Notes: generated by a model from the letters alone, not told the origin. 64,000 nucleotides of DNA from Eubacterium sp. AM49-13BH (GCA_963650865.1 CAVJMM010000002.1:700-64699), one strand, 5' to 3'. Positions 15,989 through 26,927 are shown, numbered from the stretch's first letter. Numbers and translations are program-made.

Positions 15989-17364
15989 AGTCTTTTCTCA
16001 CTTAATGTTTGTGCAATTTCATTTGCCTTTTCATCTGTTAATATAAATTTTTTCTGGAATAAAATGTAAGCAACAACTAAACCAATACATGGTAATATCG
16101 TCATCAATAGATGTAAGCCTGTAATTGTAGATGCGCTTTGTGCGACTGGAATTCCATCCGCACTATTTCCATTTAATCCAATGAGATCTAATCCAATACC
16201 AGATAGGAATACCGCAAAACCAGAGGCTGCTTTGACAACAAATGTCTGCATCGAGAAGATGACAGATTCTTCTCTTCTTCCTGTTTTAATTTCACCATAA
16301 TCAACAGAGTTGGATAAGAATACAGTTGTTAATACACTTAACATTCCATTGGCGACAAACACCAGCATGCCAATGGCACAAAGTAAAGGCATCACATGAG
16401 ATAGATTTGTAAAACAAGAAAGCAATAAAAAAGCATAACCAGTAATTGCCATCAATAAACTTGTCTTAAAGATTGCTTCATTGGAGAGTTTCTTTCTGAG
16501 AAGTGGATAGATCAACATCATACCTAATATCTGACCTGCACCACCAACTGTTGTGAATAAGGTGTATTGTGTTTTCCAAGCTTCTCCACCTAAATCATAT
16601 TTAAAGAAATAAAGAATCAAATTACTTGTGATATAAAGTGCACTATTGATTAAGATGATTGTAATAACAGTGACCATTGCTTGATCATTATGGAATAAAG
16701 CTTGGAACATTTCTTTAACAGTTGTTGTTTCCATTTGTTTATCACTTTTCTTTTCTTTGATTGTGAAGAATAAAATGGATTCTGTGACGACGAATATAAT
16801 TGCGACAAGTAAAGAAAACCATTTAAATCCAATGGATTCACTATTTCCACCAAGCATGGCAACGCAAAGTACTGTTCCAACTTGAATGAGTGCTGAACCA
16901 ACACCTGCACATGTTCTACCAATGACGGATAATTGTTCTCTGTCACTTGGCTTTTCTGTAACGGCAGGAATCATCGACCAAAATGGAATATCCATCATGG
17001 TATACGTAACGCCCCAAAGAATATAAACGATAGCGAAATAGATCATTAAACCTGAAGAAGATAAAGATGGTGCTGAAAATAAAGCGTATAAAACAAATGC
17101 ATTTAATACAGATCCTGAAATGATCCAAGGTCTAAATTTTCCATATTTTGTATTTGTTTTTGCGACCAAGATTCCCATAAATGGATCATTGAATGCATCA
17201 AAGATTCTCGCAATCATTAATATCATCCCAACAAATGTTGCTTGTAAACCAAGAATATCTTGGTAGTAATACATGACGTAGGAACTTGATAAGGCATAGA
17301 CCATATCTTTTCCAACAGCGCCTAATCCAAATGCTGCTTTTTCTTTTGTGCTAAATTTTTTCAT
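15985..17364 (-). CDS. Glycoside-pentoside-hexuronide (GPH):cation symporter, MFS superfamily (MelB-like)
   Basis: 12-TM-like hydrophobic profile and a GPH signature region (ARIFDAFNDPFMGILV.KT..KYGKFRPW). The ATG at 17364 with GAAGGAA 6 nt upstream is preferred to the TTG at 17379. Confidence 0.85.
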   Translation of the reverse strand: MKKFSTKEKAAFGLGAVGKDMVYALSSSYVMYYYQDILGLQATFVGMILMIARIFDAFNDPFMGILVAKTNTKYGKFRPWIISGSVLNAFVLYALFSAPSLSSSGLMIYFAIVYILWGVTYTMMDIPFWSMIPAVTEKPSDREQLSVIGRTCAGVGSALIQVGTVLCVAMLGGNSESIGFKWFSLLVAIIFVVTESILFFTIKEKKSDKQMETTTVKEMFQALFHNDQAMVTVITIILINSALYITSNLILYFFKYDLGGEAWKTQYTLFTTVGGAGQILGMMLIYPLLRKKLSNEAIFKTSLLMAITGYAFLLLSCFTNLSHVMPLLCAIGMLVFVANGMLSVLTTVFLSNSVDYGEIKTGRREESVIFSMQTFVVKAASGFAVFLSGIGLDLIGLNGNSADGIPVAQSASTITGLHLLMTILPCIGLVVAYILFQKKFILTDEKANEIAQTLSEKRL

Positions 17365-17365
17365 A

Positions 17366-19699
17366 TTATTTTCCTTCAACTTTTATATTTAAAGTGATGC
17401 TAGATAAACCAGGTGATGCAATCGTGACTGTTCCTTCACCAATCATTCCATTTGTTTTGAGATAGGTGCCACTCATACCACCTTCACACACAATGATTTT
17501 TGGTCCAACGACTTCTAAGTGATCAGAAGTTGTTATTGTGAGTGGAAGTTGAGCATATGGTGCAATATTATTATTTTCATCTTTGACTTGAATGCGAATT
17601 GCACACATGTCATATGTATCAGATTCCTGAAGAATGGATGAAGATAGGATTGCTTCTAAATGTAATGTATTACCAGGAGATTTTGTGATGGATTTTATGA
17701 TTTTTCCATCTTTGATAGCATCAAATCTCCATTTTGTTGATTCTCCACCCCAGTTTCCTACATATTTACTATAGAGATCATATCCATCTGCGAATGACAT
17801 ATGATAGCGCATCATGACATAAGCGAATAATGTTTTATATTTGAGTGGAAGATTTGCCATGCCGTAAAGTGCTGCTGCATTTAAGCATTCCGCAATTTGT
17901 TTGGCTTGCGTTGGTGACATTTTTTCTTGTTCTTCTAAAAGATGACCAATTGTATCATCAATCAAGATAGGACCATGTTTTAAAGCCTTGTAAGGTGTGT
18001 TTTTAAACTCTTTTACAAAATGATCATTTTTATACAAGCGAATTGCATCTCCATTTGTAAAACAATAGAATTGTGGGAGTTGCCCAGCTGGATAATCTCC
18101 AATTTCCATGTTGGAACTCACTTCTAATACAGGTGTTTGATCTTGTTGCGATGCATAGATGGATGCGGCAAGCTTTGGATTTCTAAAGCTATCCATGACA
18201 CCGTGATAACAAATCTTATCTCCACTTCCAAAGTCTTTATGTGTTGCGTAATCAAACATGCACCATTCAAAACAACCGAGATGTTGTTGATCTTTCATTG
18301 CGTCATTTAATACTTGCGCATGTCTTAAAGCGTGCTGCTGACGTTGAATTGAACGATCATATGTTTTTGTTGGGAACATATGCCCATTACATTCAGATAT
18401 CAATAATGGTTTATCTAAGTGTGTTGTAACAGATTTCTTTGGTTTACATCCCGGATTTGTTCCGTTGTGAGAAAAATCATTATAAGCATAGATATCTTCT
18501 AATAAGGAACTTTTTTCTAGGTAACGAACACCACTTGTAGGTCTAGTTGGATCTAAACGATGTGCAATGGCATTTGTCTTTGTATATAGTTCATCATCAT
18601 CTTGGCTTTCATTGACACGTACACCCCAAATACAAATCGAAGGGTGATTGCGATATTGCAAAACCATTTCTTCTGTGTTTTTGACACAAGTTTCTCTCCA
18701 AAATGGTTCTTTAGATACATGTTGCCAACCAGGAATTTCTGTGAATACTAGAATTCCTCGTTTATCACATTCATCAATGAAATAGTGAGATTGTGGATAA
18801 TGCGATGTTCTAACCGCATTGACGCCTAACTCTTCATCTAAGATTCTTGCATCTTCTCTTTGTAAAGATTCACTTGCGGCATAGCCAATATATGGGAAAG
18901 ATTGATGGCGATTTAATCCTCTTAGAAATACAGTTTTCTCATTTACCAACAAACTATTTTCTGTTAATGATATTGTTCTTAAACCAAATGTTGTTCTTTT
19001 GATATAAGTGCCTACTTGTAATTCTAATGTATACAAATAACCATGATGGACTTGCCAAAGAATTGGATTAGGAATTTGTAAGGAAATAGAAGAAGGACAA
19101 TTCTCATATTGTCGTTCAACAACACATTGTTGATTTTCATTGAATACCTTTAACAATAAGTTAGTTGTTTCTGTTGGACCATCATATGTGATATCTACAT
19201 CAATATCTGATAAAGATGATTTCGTTTTTACAAATGCATCAGAAATATATGTGTTCGGTACTTCATCAATCCAAACATCTCGATAGATTCCACCATATGT
19301 TAAATAATCAATCACAAATCCAAAAGGTGGAATCGATGGATCTTCTGTTGTATTCAATTTTAAAACAATCAGATTATCCCCAGAATGAACATACTTTGTG
19401 ATTTCAATGCGATATGCAGTATAACCATTATAGTGTGTACCAATTTCTTTTCCATTGACATATACCGTACAAATATGTGCAGCACCATCTAATTGTAAAA
19501 AGTAACGTTCTTTTATATCAACTAAATGGAGATGTCTTCGATAACCACAAATCATTTGATAAGATGCAATATCAACATAGTGTAGTGGTAGTTCTTTGAC
19601 ATTATGAGGAATACGAACTAATTCATAAGTTCCTTTTCCTTGTAAAAAATCTTCGTTAAATGTTTCTGTAAATTCCCATTGATCATTGATTCTTTTCAT
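17366..19699 (-). CDS. Glycoside hydrolase family 2 protein (beta-galactosidase/beta-glucuronidase-like)
   Basis: 777 aa. GH2 sugar-binding N-terminus, NAVRTSHYPQSHYFIDECDKRGILVFTEIPGW catalytic-barrel region, and a WGVRVNES acid/base region. Confidence 0.85.
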   Translation of the reverse strand: MKRINDQWEFTETFNEDFLQGKGTYELVRIPHNVKELPLHYVDIASYQMICGYRRHLHLVDIKERYFLQLDGAAHICTVYVNGKEIGTHYNGYTAYRIEITKYVHSGDNLIVLKLNTTEDPSIPPFGFVIDYLTYGGIYRDVWIDEVPNTYISDAFVKTKSSLSDIDVDITYDGPTETTNLLLKVFNENQQCVVERQYENCPSSISLQIPNPILWQVHHGYLYTLELQVGTYIKRTTFGLRTISLTENSLLVNEKTVFLRGLNRHQSFPYIGYAASESLQREDARILDEELGVNAVRTSHYPQSHYFIDECDKRGILVFTEIPGWQHVSKEPFWRETCVKNTEEMVLQYRNHPSICIWGVRVNESQDDDELYTKTNAIAHRLDPTRPTSGVRYLEKSSLLEDIYAYNDFSHNGTNPGCKPKKSVTTHLDKPLLISECNGHMFPTKTYDRSIQRQQHALRHAQVLNDAMKDQQHLGCFEWCMFDYATHKDFGSGDKICYHGVMDSFRNPKLAASIYASQQDQTPVLEVSSNMEIGDYPAGQLPQFYCFTNGDAIRLYKNDHFVKEFKNTPYKALKHGPILIDDTIGHLLEEQEKMSPTQAKQIAECLNAAALYGMANLPLKYKTLFAYVMMRYHMSFADGYDLYSKYVGNWGGESTKWRFDAIKDGKIIKSITKSPGNTLHLEAILSSSILQESDTYDMCAIRIQVKDENNNIAPYAQLPLTITTSDHLEVVGPKIIVCEGGMSGTYLKTNGMIGEGTVTIASPGLSSITLNIKVEGK

Positions 19700-20240
19700 A
19701 TAATATGCCTTTCAATAAAATATCTACAAGATCTTGTAATGATTGTTGATATGTATGTTCATCAATTGATGAAGAAAGAAGTGCATTCATAGAAGAAGTC
19801 ACAATGACTTCTATCATAGAAAGTGGAACTTCTCTTAAAATCTTTTGATTGATTCCTTCTTGTATGAAATCAAAGACTGGTTCCCAATTGGAACGTAAAT
19901 GTTTTGAGATAGATTCTGATACAACAGGATATTGTGTAGCTAATGGTTCCAATTGTTTGAAATCTATGGATTCAATATCTGTTGGCATCGCAATCAACAA
20001 TTTCTTTAATTTATCTATATACGGAATGTTTTCTTTTAGAATCTTTTTTTTATTTTCTTGAATGTTATGAAATCCATATTCCACGATGCCTTGTAATAGT
20101 TCTTCTTTTGAAGTAAATATGCGATAGATCGTCTTTTTCGCAATGTGAAGATCTTTCGCAATATCATCCATTGTAAAGTTGAGACCTTTGTTTTGATAAA
20201 GTGTGATTGCACTTTGAATGATTGTTGTTTTCTCTACCAT
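19683..20240 (-). CDS. TetR/AcrR family transcriptional regulator
   Basis: N-terminal HTH (FTMDDIAKDLHIAKKTIYRIFTSKEELL). Its 3' end overlaps the GH2 start by 17 nt. Confidence 0.85.
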   Translation of the reverse strand: MVEKTTIIQSAITLYQNKGLNFTMDDIAKDLHIAKKTIYRIFTSKEELLQGIVEYGFHNIQENKKKILKENIPYIDKLKKLLIAMPTDIESIDFKQLEPLATQYPVVSESISKHLRSNWEPVFDFIQEGINQKILREVPLSMIEVIVTSSMNALLSSSIDEHTYQQSLQDLVDILLKGILYEKNQ

Positions 20241-20368
20241 AGGAAACTTAATCTCCTTATCTAGTTTCCATTATAGTTAAATGTAAGCGATTACACAATA
20301 GTTTTTTTCGAAATATAACGCAAATAAAACAATTCTGTGTTAATCTTTACATTAACCGAGGTGCTTTT

Positions 20369-21073
20369 ATGAGTGAAATCAATGAAATTATTAAATTTCT
20401 ACCATGTTCTATTGATAATGTTTGTGATGTAGAAGAGTGGTTAGATGTTTTAAGTACAGAAGGATATTTGTTGAAAAGCCAAACAATCAATTTGTTGGCT
20501 GGGATTTTTTATTTGGAACCAGATAAAAGAAGATACTATCATCATGTTGTCGTAGGTGAAAAAACAAAGAATAAAGATATTTTTGAAAATGATCGAATTA
20601 CAGTGGAGAAATATACGAGTCAAGGATTGGAATTTTTAGGCAAGACTTGTGGATATTATTTCTTTCGAACAGATCAGCGTTCATTGATTGAAAGTGTGAG
20701 TGATCCAACAGAAAAGAAAAGAAAATTACATTTGATTTATCATGGAATTATGACAATCATCATGATTTGTATTTTCTCGGCAGTTTTATTTCATGGATTG
20801 AATATTTATAATTACAACACATTCGCAAATATCTTGGCAGAAGTGATGGGACTATTATTAGTAGTTATCATATTAGTGCTTGGTGTAGAAGTTTATGGTG
20901 CGTTTGAAGATTTGAAATGTCCAGATAAAATGAAACCGACATATCAAAGAAAACTGCATAAACAAACACCGGAATTAGAACTAACGTATAAGGCAATGTT
21001 ATTGACATTGATTCTATCGTTTGTAGTTTTGATTTTGATGCAAGATATGATGCTTGGACAAATGATTAAGTAG
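20369..21073 (+). CDS. Membrane protein, possibly DUF2812-like
   Basis: Soluble N-terminal domain followed by several TM helices. GAGGTG RBS. Family assignment is tentative (by eye only). Confidence 0.4.
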   Translation: MSEINEIIKFLPCSIDNVCDVEEWLDVLSTEGYLLKSQTINLLAGIFYLEPDKRRYYHHVVVGEKTKNKDIFENDRITVEKYTSQGLEFLGKTCGYYFFRTDQRSLIESVSDPTEKKRKLHLIYHGIMTIIMICIFSAVLFHGLNIYNYNTFANILAEVMGLLLVVIILVLGVEVYGAFEDLKCPDKMKPTYQRKLHKQTPELELTYKAMLLTLILSFVVLILMQDMMLGQMIK

Positions 21074-21101
21074 AAAAGGATGTCTCATAGAGACATCCTT
21101 T

Positions 21102-22721
21102 TTAGAGATTGATTACTTTTCCGATATCTGCACTTTTTCTATGAGATATAGAAATAACAGTTCTATCTTTGGATACAGAATCCAATGTTTCTAATATCTC
21201 TTTTTCACTTTCTGCATCTAAGCTCGCAGTGATTTCATCCAACATGAGAATCGAAGGATCTGTAACAATTGCTCGTGCAATCGATAATAATTGCCACTGT
21301 CCTTTTGAAAATAATTCTTCTTTACAAAGTGTATGAATATCATCTTGAAAGGAAAATACCGTTTCATATAAATGACATCTTTTTAACGCAAGAATAACTT
21401 GTTGGTCTGTGATAGAAGAATCATACAATGTAATTTGATCTTTAATCGTTCCTAATACAGGATGAAATGTTTGTTCGACATAACCAAATATCTTTCTTCT
21501 TTGGTTGGAGTCGAAGTGATATGGTTCCTGCCCATAGACTAAGATCTTTCCTTGGCTTGGCTTATAGAGACCTAAAATAAGTTTGAATAATGTACTTTTC
21601 CCAGAACCTGTTCTACCTAAAAGCGTAATATGTTCTCCTTTATGAATCTCTAAAGAATAATTATGTAATACATCTTTATCTTGATAGGCAAAAGAAATAT
21701 TTTGAATAGAGATAATAGGATCTTGATCAACATTTGTGATTCTTTCATTTCTAGAAGGATTTTTTTCTTTGTATTTCAAAAATTCATTAATTCTTTGTAC
21801 ACCAGATAACGCGGATTGAATCGTTGTGATTTCCATGCCAATGGATTCAATTGGTTCAAATATTTGAGAAACCAATTGAATGATCATGACTGCACTTCCT
21901 GCACTCATAGAAAAGAAAGTAAGGATGTTGGAATTGTTTGTAGAAGATAGAAGGATCACAATTGCGATGATGCATGCGTTAGTGCATTGAATGACAGGGG
22001 AGTATAACGCATCATAAAAATTGGTTTTTGTGATTGCGAGATATCCTTTTTGGATAGAAGCATCATATTTTTGTTCGAAATAAGTTTGTTTGTTGAGATT
22101 ATGGATCGTAACAATATTTTGGATGACTTGTGGAATGAATGCGTTTGTTTCTTGTACAGCTTTACGATTCTTGATTTCACTTTTTAACATACTTTTTTGA
22201 ACATGCCTTGTGAAAAGGAAAAGAAATGGCAATACAACTAATAAAGTGAAGAATAAACCTTTTGTTGTTTGATAAATCATCACTAAGATACTCAGTAAAC
22301 TAATAGCATCCGCAATTAATGAAATAATTCCATTGGTAAACAAAGCTTCTACGGTATCTACATCATTCATGAAACGAGAAACGATACTACCTGGTGCGAC
22401 TTGTGTAATGACATGAATATCTAGATTCGAATATTTCTGCATCAAAGCAGAACGTAATGCATGTGTAATTTTTTGACCATAAACAAGTAATAACGCATCA
22501 CGAATGGATAACATGATATTACTTACAAGCAATGTCATAAAATAGAAAGAAATAATATACAAAGATATTTGTGATTGACTTGTTAGAGTATCGACGATTT
22601 GAGAAAGAATATATGGTGGTAAAAGGGAAAACAGGATACATCCTAAAACAGATAATAGAATGGATAAACAGAGATACCATTTACGAATGGATGTTTGAAT
22701 CATAATTGAAGTTACATTCAT
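21102..22721 (-). CDS. ABC transporter, fused permease/ATP-binding protein (exporter type)
   Basis: N-terminal 6-TM domain. Walker A GRTGSGKST, signature-like FSKGQWQLLSIARA and Walker B ILMLDEITASLD. Confidence 0.9.
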   Translation of the reverse strand: MNVTSIMIQTSIRKWYLCLSILLSVLGCILFSLLPPYILSQIVDTLTSQSQISLYIISFYFMTLLVSNIMLSIRDALLLVYGQKITHALRSALMQKYSNLDIHVITQVAPGSIVSRFMNDVDTVEALFTNGIISLIADAISLLSILVMIYQTTKGLFFTLLVVLPFLFLFTRHVQKSMLKSEIKNRKAVQETNAFIPQVIQNIVTIHNLNKQTYFEQKYDASIQKGYLAITKTNFYDALYSPVIQCTNACIIAIVILLSSTNNSNILTFFSMSAGSAVMIIQLVSQIFEPIESIGMEITTIQSALSGVQRINEFLKYKEKNPSRNERITNVDQDPIISIQNISFAYQDKDVLHNYSLEIHKGEHITLLGRTGSGKSTLFKLILGLYKPSQGKILVYGQEPYHFDSNQRRKIFGYVEQTFHPVLGTIKDQITLYDSSITDQQVILALKRCHLYETVFSFQDDIHTLCKEELFSKGQWQLLSIARAIVTDPSILMLDEITASLDAESEKEILETLDSVSKDRTVISISHRKSADIGKVINL

Positions 22722-24409
22722 TTTGGATCACCTTCTTGTAATGTATAAAGTTGTTTGTATTCTGAATTTGTTTTTAAAAGATCAGAATGGGTACCAACAT
22801 AGCCTTTTGTCTGGTTGATAAAAAGGACTTGATTAGTTTGATTGAAAATATGTAAACGATGAGAAATCAAAAGAATGATTTTATCAGAAGCTAGCTTTTT
22901 TAGATTTTGAAATATAGTTTCTTCTGTATGAATATCTAACGCAGAAAAAGGATCATCTAAAATGAGAATAGAAGAAGCATGGGCGAGAGTTCTGGCTAAG
23001 GCAACTCTTTGTTGTTGACCACCCGATAAACGCATACCTGAATTTCCAATCTTTGTATATACACCATCTTCCATCTGTTGGACTTCTTCATCCATACAAA
23101 CAAGTTTTAAATAATACAGCACATCAATTGGATCACCTAAAGCGATATTATTTTCAATCGTATCATCAAATAATTGCGGTTCATGTCCTAAATAAGAAAT
23201 ACAATCATGAATTGCATACGAAGAAAGATTTTTCTGATTGAACAAGATTTGACCAGAATATTTCCATTCGTTTAAAAATAATTTTCCAAATGTAGTTTTT
23301 CCACACGCTACAGGACCAGTGATACCTATGATTTGTCCCACATGAAGATCAAACGAAATATGGTTGAGTAAAGATGTTGAATTTGGATAGAAAAATGAAA
23401 TATCCTTTACAGAAAGATCATGAATGAAAATTGGATTGTTTTTGAGAACTGTTGCTTCGTTTTGTACGTATTTTTGAATTCTAGAATAAGAAACTTGTGC
23501 TTTATGAACAGCGTTAAATAACTTTGCGGATTTACTGGATTTATCTGCCATTTTCATAAAACAAGAAATATAAGTTGTAAAGATTGCGATGTTCCAAGTT
23601 CCTTGAAATATATTTTGACTACCAAAATATAAAATAAAGAAGATTCCAAAAATAGAAATGGATTTATAAAGGGGTGGTAAAGCGACGATTGGTAAAGAAG
23701 ATAAGATATTTGTATATTCATAATCAGATAGATACGTTTCATACGATTCTTGTTGGTGTGTTTCTCTACCATAAACACGATATGTGATTGCGTTAGTTGC
23801 ACGATCTAGTGTAACTGCATTTAATTGTGTCGCAGATAATTTGGCTTTTGTGGTTAACTTTTGAATGATTCCTTTCATCTTTTCCGCAAAGATATAAGAA
23901 AATGGTGTAAAAAAGATACAAACAAAGGCAATCTTGTAATCGTAATAAAATAACATACAAACATAAGCACATAGGGCAATTCCAGTGTCGAAGATCTCTG
24001 TCGTAAACTTTCGCATACCTTCACTACAATCATCTACATCTGAGATTGCCTTGGTGAGGATATTTCCAATCCCTTCTTGAATGAGTGTTTTATGAGAAGT
24101 ATAGATCAAGTTATGGAAGAGTGTTTCTTTCATTCTTTTATTTGTGTTATTTGCGAAGACACGAACGTAATTACGTTTTAAATATCTACAAAATTGAACA
24201 GTGAAAATAGAAAACAAATAAAGAATCTCAAGTTTCAACATGTCAGAAAATACAGCTTGTTTTTGTAAGATATCATATAAACATCCAGTCAGTTTTCCTT
24301 CAAATAATGGAACTAAGACCAATCCAATATTATAGATGATTCCTGTAATTGTCACGATTAATAAAGTTTTCCATTCTATTTTAAAATAATCATAAATCGT
24401 CTTATTCAT
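22718..24409 (-). CDS. ABC transporter, fused permease/ATP-binding protein (exporter type)
   Basis: TM domain plus Walker A GPVACGKTT, signature LSGGQQQRVALAR and Walker B ILILDDPFSALD. A 4-nt overlap with the downstream partner suggests a heterodimeric exporter. Confidence 0.9.
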   Translation of the reverse strand: MNKTIYDYFKIEWKTLLIVTITGIIYNIGLVLVPLFEGKLTGCLYDILQKQAVFSDMLKLEILYLFSIFTVQFCRYLKRNYVRVFANNTNKRMKETLFHNLIYTSHKTLIQEGIGNILTKAISDVDDCSEGMRKFTTEIFDTGIALCAYVCMLFYYDYKIAFVCIFFTPFSYIFAEKMKGIIQKLTTKAKLSATQLNAVTLDRATNAITYRVYGRETHQQESYETYLSDYEYTNILSSLPIVALPPLYKSISIFGIFFILYFGSQNIFQGTWNIAIFTTYISCFMKMADKSSKSAKLFNAVHKAQVSYSRIQKYVQNEATVLKNNPIFIHDLSVKDISFFYPNSTSLLNHISFDLHVGQIIGITGPVACGKTTFGKLFLNEWKYSGQILFNQKNLSSYAIHDCISYLGHEPQLFDDTIENNIALGDPIDVLYYLKLVCMDEEVQQMEDGVYTKIGNSGMRLSGGQQQRVALARTLAHASSILILDDPFSALDIHTEETIFQNLKKLASDKIILLISHRLHIFNQTNQVLFINQTKGYVGTHSDLLKTNSEYKQLYTLQEGDPK

Positions 24410-24872
24410 GTTTGGCCTCTTTGATTAACTTTGTGACATTTTGAAAACCAGTACGACTTTCGGTTTTGGATTTGAGATATATTTTATCTAATGCGGTTAG
24501 AAACTGTTCTTTTTCTTCTTTTGATAAATCTGTTAATAACCAATCATAAAAAATGGATTCGATTTGTGTTTTAGACTGTTTTAAAGATTCTGCTTTTTGT
24601 GTTGCGTAAAGATAATGTTTTCTTTTATCTGTTGAATCTGTTTCTTTGATGAGAAATCCTTTTTTCTCTAAAGACGAAACTCTTTTCGCAATTGCACCTT
24701 TATCACAGTTCAATTGTTCACAAACATCTTTTTGTGCAATGCCTGGATGATGACGAACGAGATGGATCAAATCAAATTCAGAAGAACCAATTCCTTCTTC
24801 TTTGACCATGCGAATCGTTAACTTGTTTAATTCTCTAGCAATTTTACTTAATTTTCTTGCATCTTTTTTCAT
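24402..24872 (-). CDS. MarR family transcriptional regulator
   Basis: Winged-HTH region (IAQKDVCEQLNCDKGAIAKRVSSLEKKGFLIKETDSTDKRK). The ATG at 24872 has GAGGTG upstream. The ORF-track start at 24899 lies inside the operator-like palindrome. Confidence 0.85.
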   Translation of the reverse strand: MKKDARKLSKIARELNKLTIRMVKEEGIGSSEFDLIHLVRHHPGIAQKDVCEQLNCDKGAIAKRVSSLEKKGFLIKETDSTDKRKHYLYATQKAESLKQSKTQIESIFYDWLLTDLSKEEKEQFLTALDKIYLKSKTESRTGFQNVTKLIKEAKHE

Positions 24873-24881
24873 AGTCACCTC

Positions 24882-24905
24882 AAATGGTTGTATATACAAC
24901 CATTT
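24882..24905. promoter_or_regulatory. Perfect 24-bp palindrome, candidate MarR operator
   Basis: AAATGGTTGTAT|ATACAACCATTT is a perfect inverted repeat starting 10 nt upstream of the marR ATG. It abuts the RBS. Confidence 0.5.
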
Positions 24906-24963
24906 AGATTGTAGAGCTACATCAAAAATTTGTAAACAAGAAGGTGAGAAAAAGTGAATGTTG

Positions 24964-24992
24964 TTGAAATTATGCGTTAGTAAGCGTATAAT
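24964..24992 (+). promoter_or_regulatory. Sigma-70-type promoter upstream of typA
   Basis: TTGAAA (24964-24969), a 17-nt spacer and TATAAT (24987-24992), about 38 nt upstream of the typA ATG. Confidence 0.55.
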
Positions 24993-25029
24993 CTTAACGT
25001 TTTCATAAAAAAGAGAAGAAGGTGAATGT

Positions 25030-26871
25030 ATGGATTATCAAAAGGTTATAAATATTGCGGTGATTGCTCACGTAGATGCTGGTAAGTCTACTCTTGTTGA
25101 TGCATTCCTAAAACAATCTCATGTTTTTAAAGACAATGAGAAAGTTGTTGACTGTATTATGGATTCAAATGATCTTGAAAGAGAAAGAGGAATTACAATC
25201 TACTCCAAGAACTGCTCCGTACAGTATAAAGATTATAAAATCAATATCGTAGATACACCGGGTCACGCAGATTTTTCAAGTGAAGTAGAAAGAATTATTA
25301 AAACAGTTGATACTGTTATTTTATTGGTTGACTCTGCAGAAGGACCAATGCCACAAACACGTTTCGTACTACAAAAATCATTGGAAAATGGTTTAAGACC
25401 AATTCTTTTGATCAATAAGATGGATAAACAAGATGCACGTGCAGTGGAAGTTATTGACGAATGTTATGATTTGATGCTTGAATTGAACGCAACAGATGAT
25501 CAATTGGATTTCCCAATTTTATATGGTTGTGCTAGAGAAGGTATCGTTCGCTATGATTGGGAAGATACAAACACAGATATCGTTCCATTATTTGAAACAA
25601 TCATTCATCACGCACAAGCTTATCCTGATCTAACACAAGAACCATTACAAATGCAGATTACAGCACTTGCATATGATGATTATATTGGAAGACTTGGGAT
25701 TGGTAGAATCTATAAGGGAAGCTTAAAAGCAGCTACAAGTTATACAGTTTGTAACTCTGATGGATCTGCACCTCATCAAGGTAAGACAAACCAAATCTTC
25801 GTATATAAAGGATTATCTAGAGTTTCAGTGGATGAAATTCAATCTGGTGAAATTTGTATGATTAGTGGTATCGCAGACATTAATATTGGGGATACTTTAT
25901 GCCCAGTTGGTGCGCCTGATCCACTTCCAGCAATCAAAATTGAAGAACCAACTCTATCTATGAACTTCATGGTCAATGACTCACCATTTGCTGGTCAAGT
26001 TGGTAAGTTTGTGACTTCTAGAAATATTCGTGAAAGATTAGATCGTGAATTACAAGTTAACGTTGGTTTGAAAGTAGAAGAAACAGATTCTACAGATACA
26101 TTTAAAGTATCTGGTAGAGGTGAATTACATTTAACAATTCTTTTGGAACAAATGAGACGTGAAGGTTATGAAATTGCGGTTTCTAGACCTGAAGTTATCT
26201 TAAAGAAAATTGATGGTGTTACTTGTGAACCAGTTGAAGAAGTTGTAATTGATGTTCCAAATGATTATTCTGGATCTGTTATTTCTTCATTGAATGTTCG
26301 TAAAGGTCTATTAAACAACATGGAAGATCAAGGAACTTATACAAGAATCACTTATATGGTTCCTACAAGAGGTTTGATTGGTTTTAGATCTGACTTTATC
26401 AATATGACGCATGGTGAAGGTACAATGGTACAAAGACTTGCGGATTATGAACCTTGGAAAGGTGAAATTCCACAAAGAGAAAATGGTGCATTGATTTCTA
26501 CAGAAACAGGTGGCGCTATGACATATGCTTTATGGAATATTCAAAATAGAGGCCAATTATTCATTGGCGCACAAACACCAGTTTATGAAGGTATGATCAT
26601 TGGAATTTCTGCGAAGAATATGGATATGACTGTTAACCCAATCAAGAATAAGAAAATGACTGCGGTTCGTTCTACAGGTAATGATGAAGCAATGAAACTT
26701 GTTCCACCAAAGATTCTTACATTGGAACAAGCAATTGAATTCATCAATGATGATGAACTTGTAGAAATTACACCTACTGATATTCGTGTACGTAAGAAAT
26801 ATCTCACAGCAATCGATAGAAGAAGACATGCTAGAGAACTAGGCAAGATTGAAAACGAATCTGATGAATAA
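25030..26871 (+). CDS. typA: Translational GTPase TypA/BipA
   Basis: G1 AHVDAGKST, G2 RGITI, G3 DTPGHADF and G4 NKMD. The 613-aa length and EF-G-like domain order match TypA/BipA. Confidence 0.95.
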   Translation: MDYQKVINIAVIAHVDAGKSTLVDAFLKQSHVFKDNEKVVDCIMDSNDLERERGITIYSKNCSVQYKDYKINIVDTPGHADFSSEVERIIKTVDTVILLVDSAEGPMPQTRFVLQKSLENGLRPILLINKMDKQDARAVEVIDECYDLMLELNATDDQLDFPILYGCAREGIVRYDWEDTNTDIVPLFETIIHHAQAYPDLTQEPLQMQITALAYDDYIGRLGIGRIYKGSLKAATSYTVCNSDGSAPHQGKTNQIFVYKGLSRVSVDEIQSGEICMISGIADINIGDTLCPVGAPDPLPAIKIEEPTLSMNFMVNDSPFAGQVGKFVTSRNIRERLDRELQVNVGLKVEETDSTDTFKVSGRGELHLTILLEQMRREGYEIAVSRPEVILKKIDGVTCEPVEEVVIDVPNDYSGSVISSLNVRKGLLNNMEDQGTYTRITYMVPTRGLIGFRSDFINMTHGEGTMVQRLADYEPWKGEIPQRENGALISTETGGAMTYALWNIQNRGQLFIGAQTPVYEGMIIGISAKNMDMTVNPIKNKKMTAVRSTGNDEAMKLVPPKILTLEQAIEFINDDELVEITPTDIRVRKKYLTAIDRRRHARELGKIENESDE

Positions 26872-26899
26872 GATGATGGAGAAATCTATCATCTTTTTT
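26871..26899 (+). terminator. Rho-independent terminator after typA
   Basis: AGATGAT...ATCATCT stem followed by TTTTTT. Confidence 0.55.
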
Positions 26900-26927
26900 A
26901 AATTTATATCCTCATTCTAATTGGGAT

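Noticed and set aside
20242-20269. Inverted repeat GGAAACT-N14-AGTTTCC upstream of the tetR gene as a TetR operator
   Set aside because: The arms are only 7 bp with a long spacer that contains the tetR RBS. In A+T-rich DNA this is weak evidence, so it is not reported as a feature.
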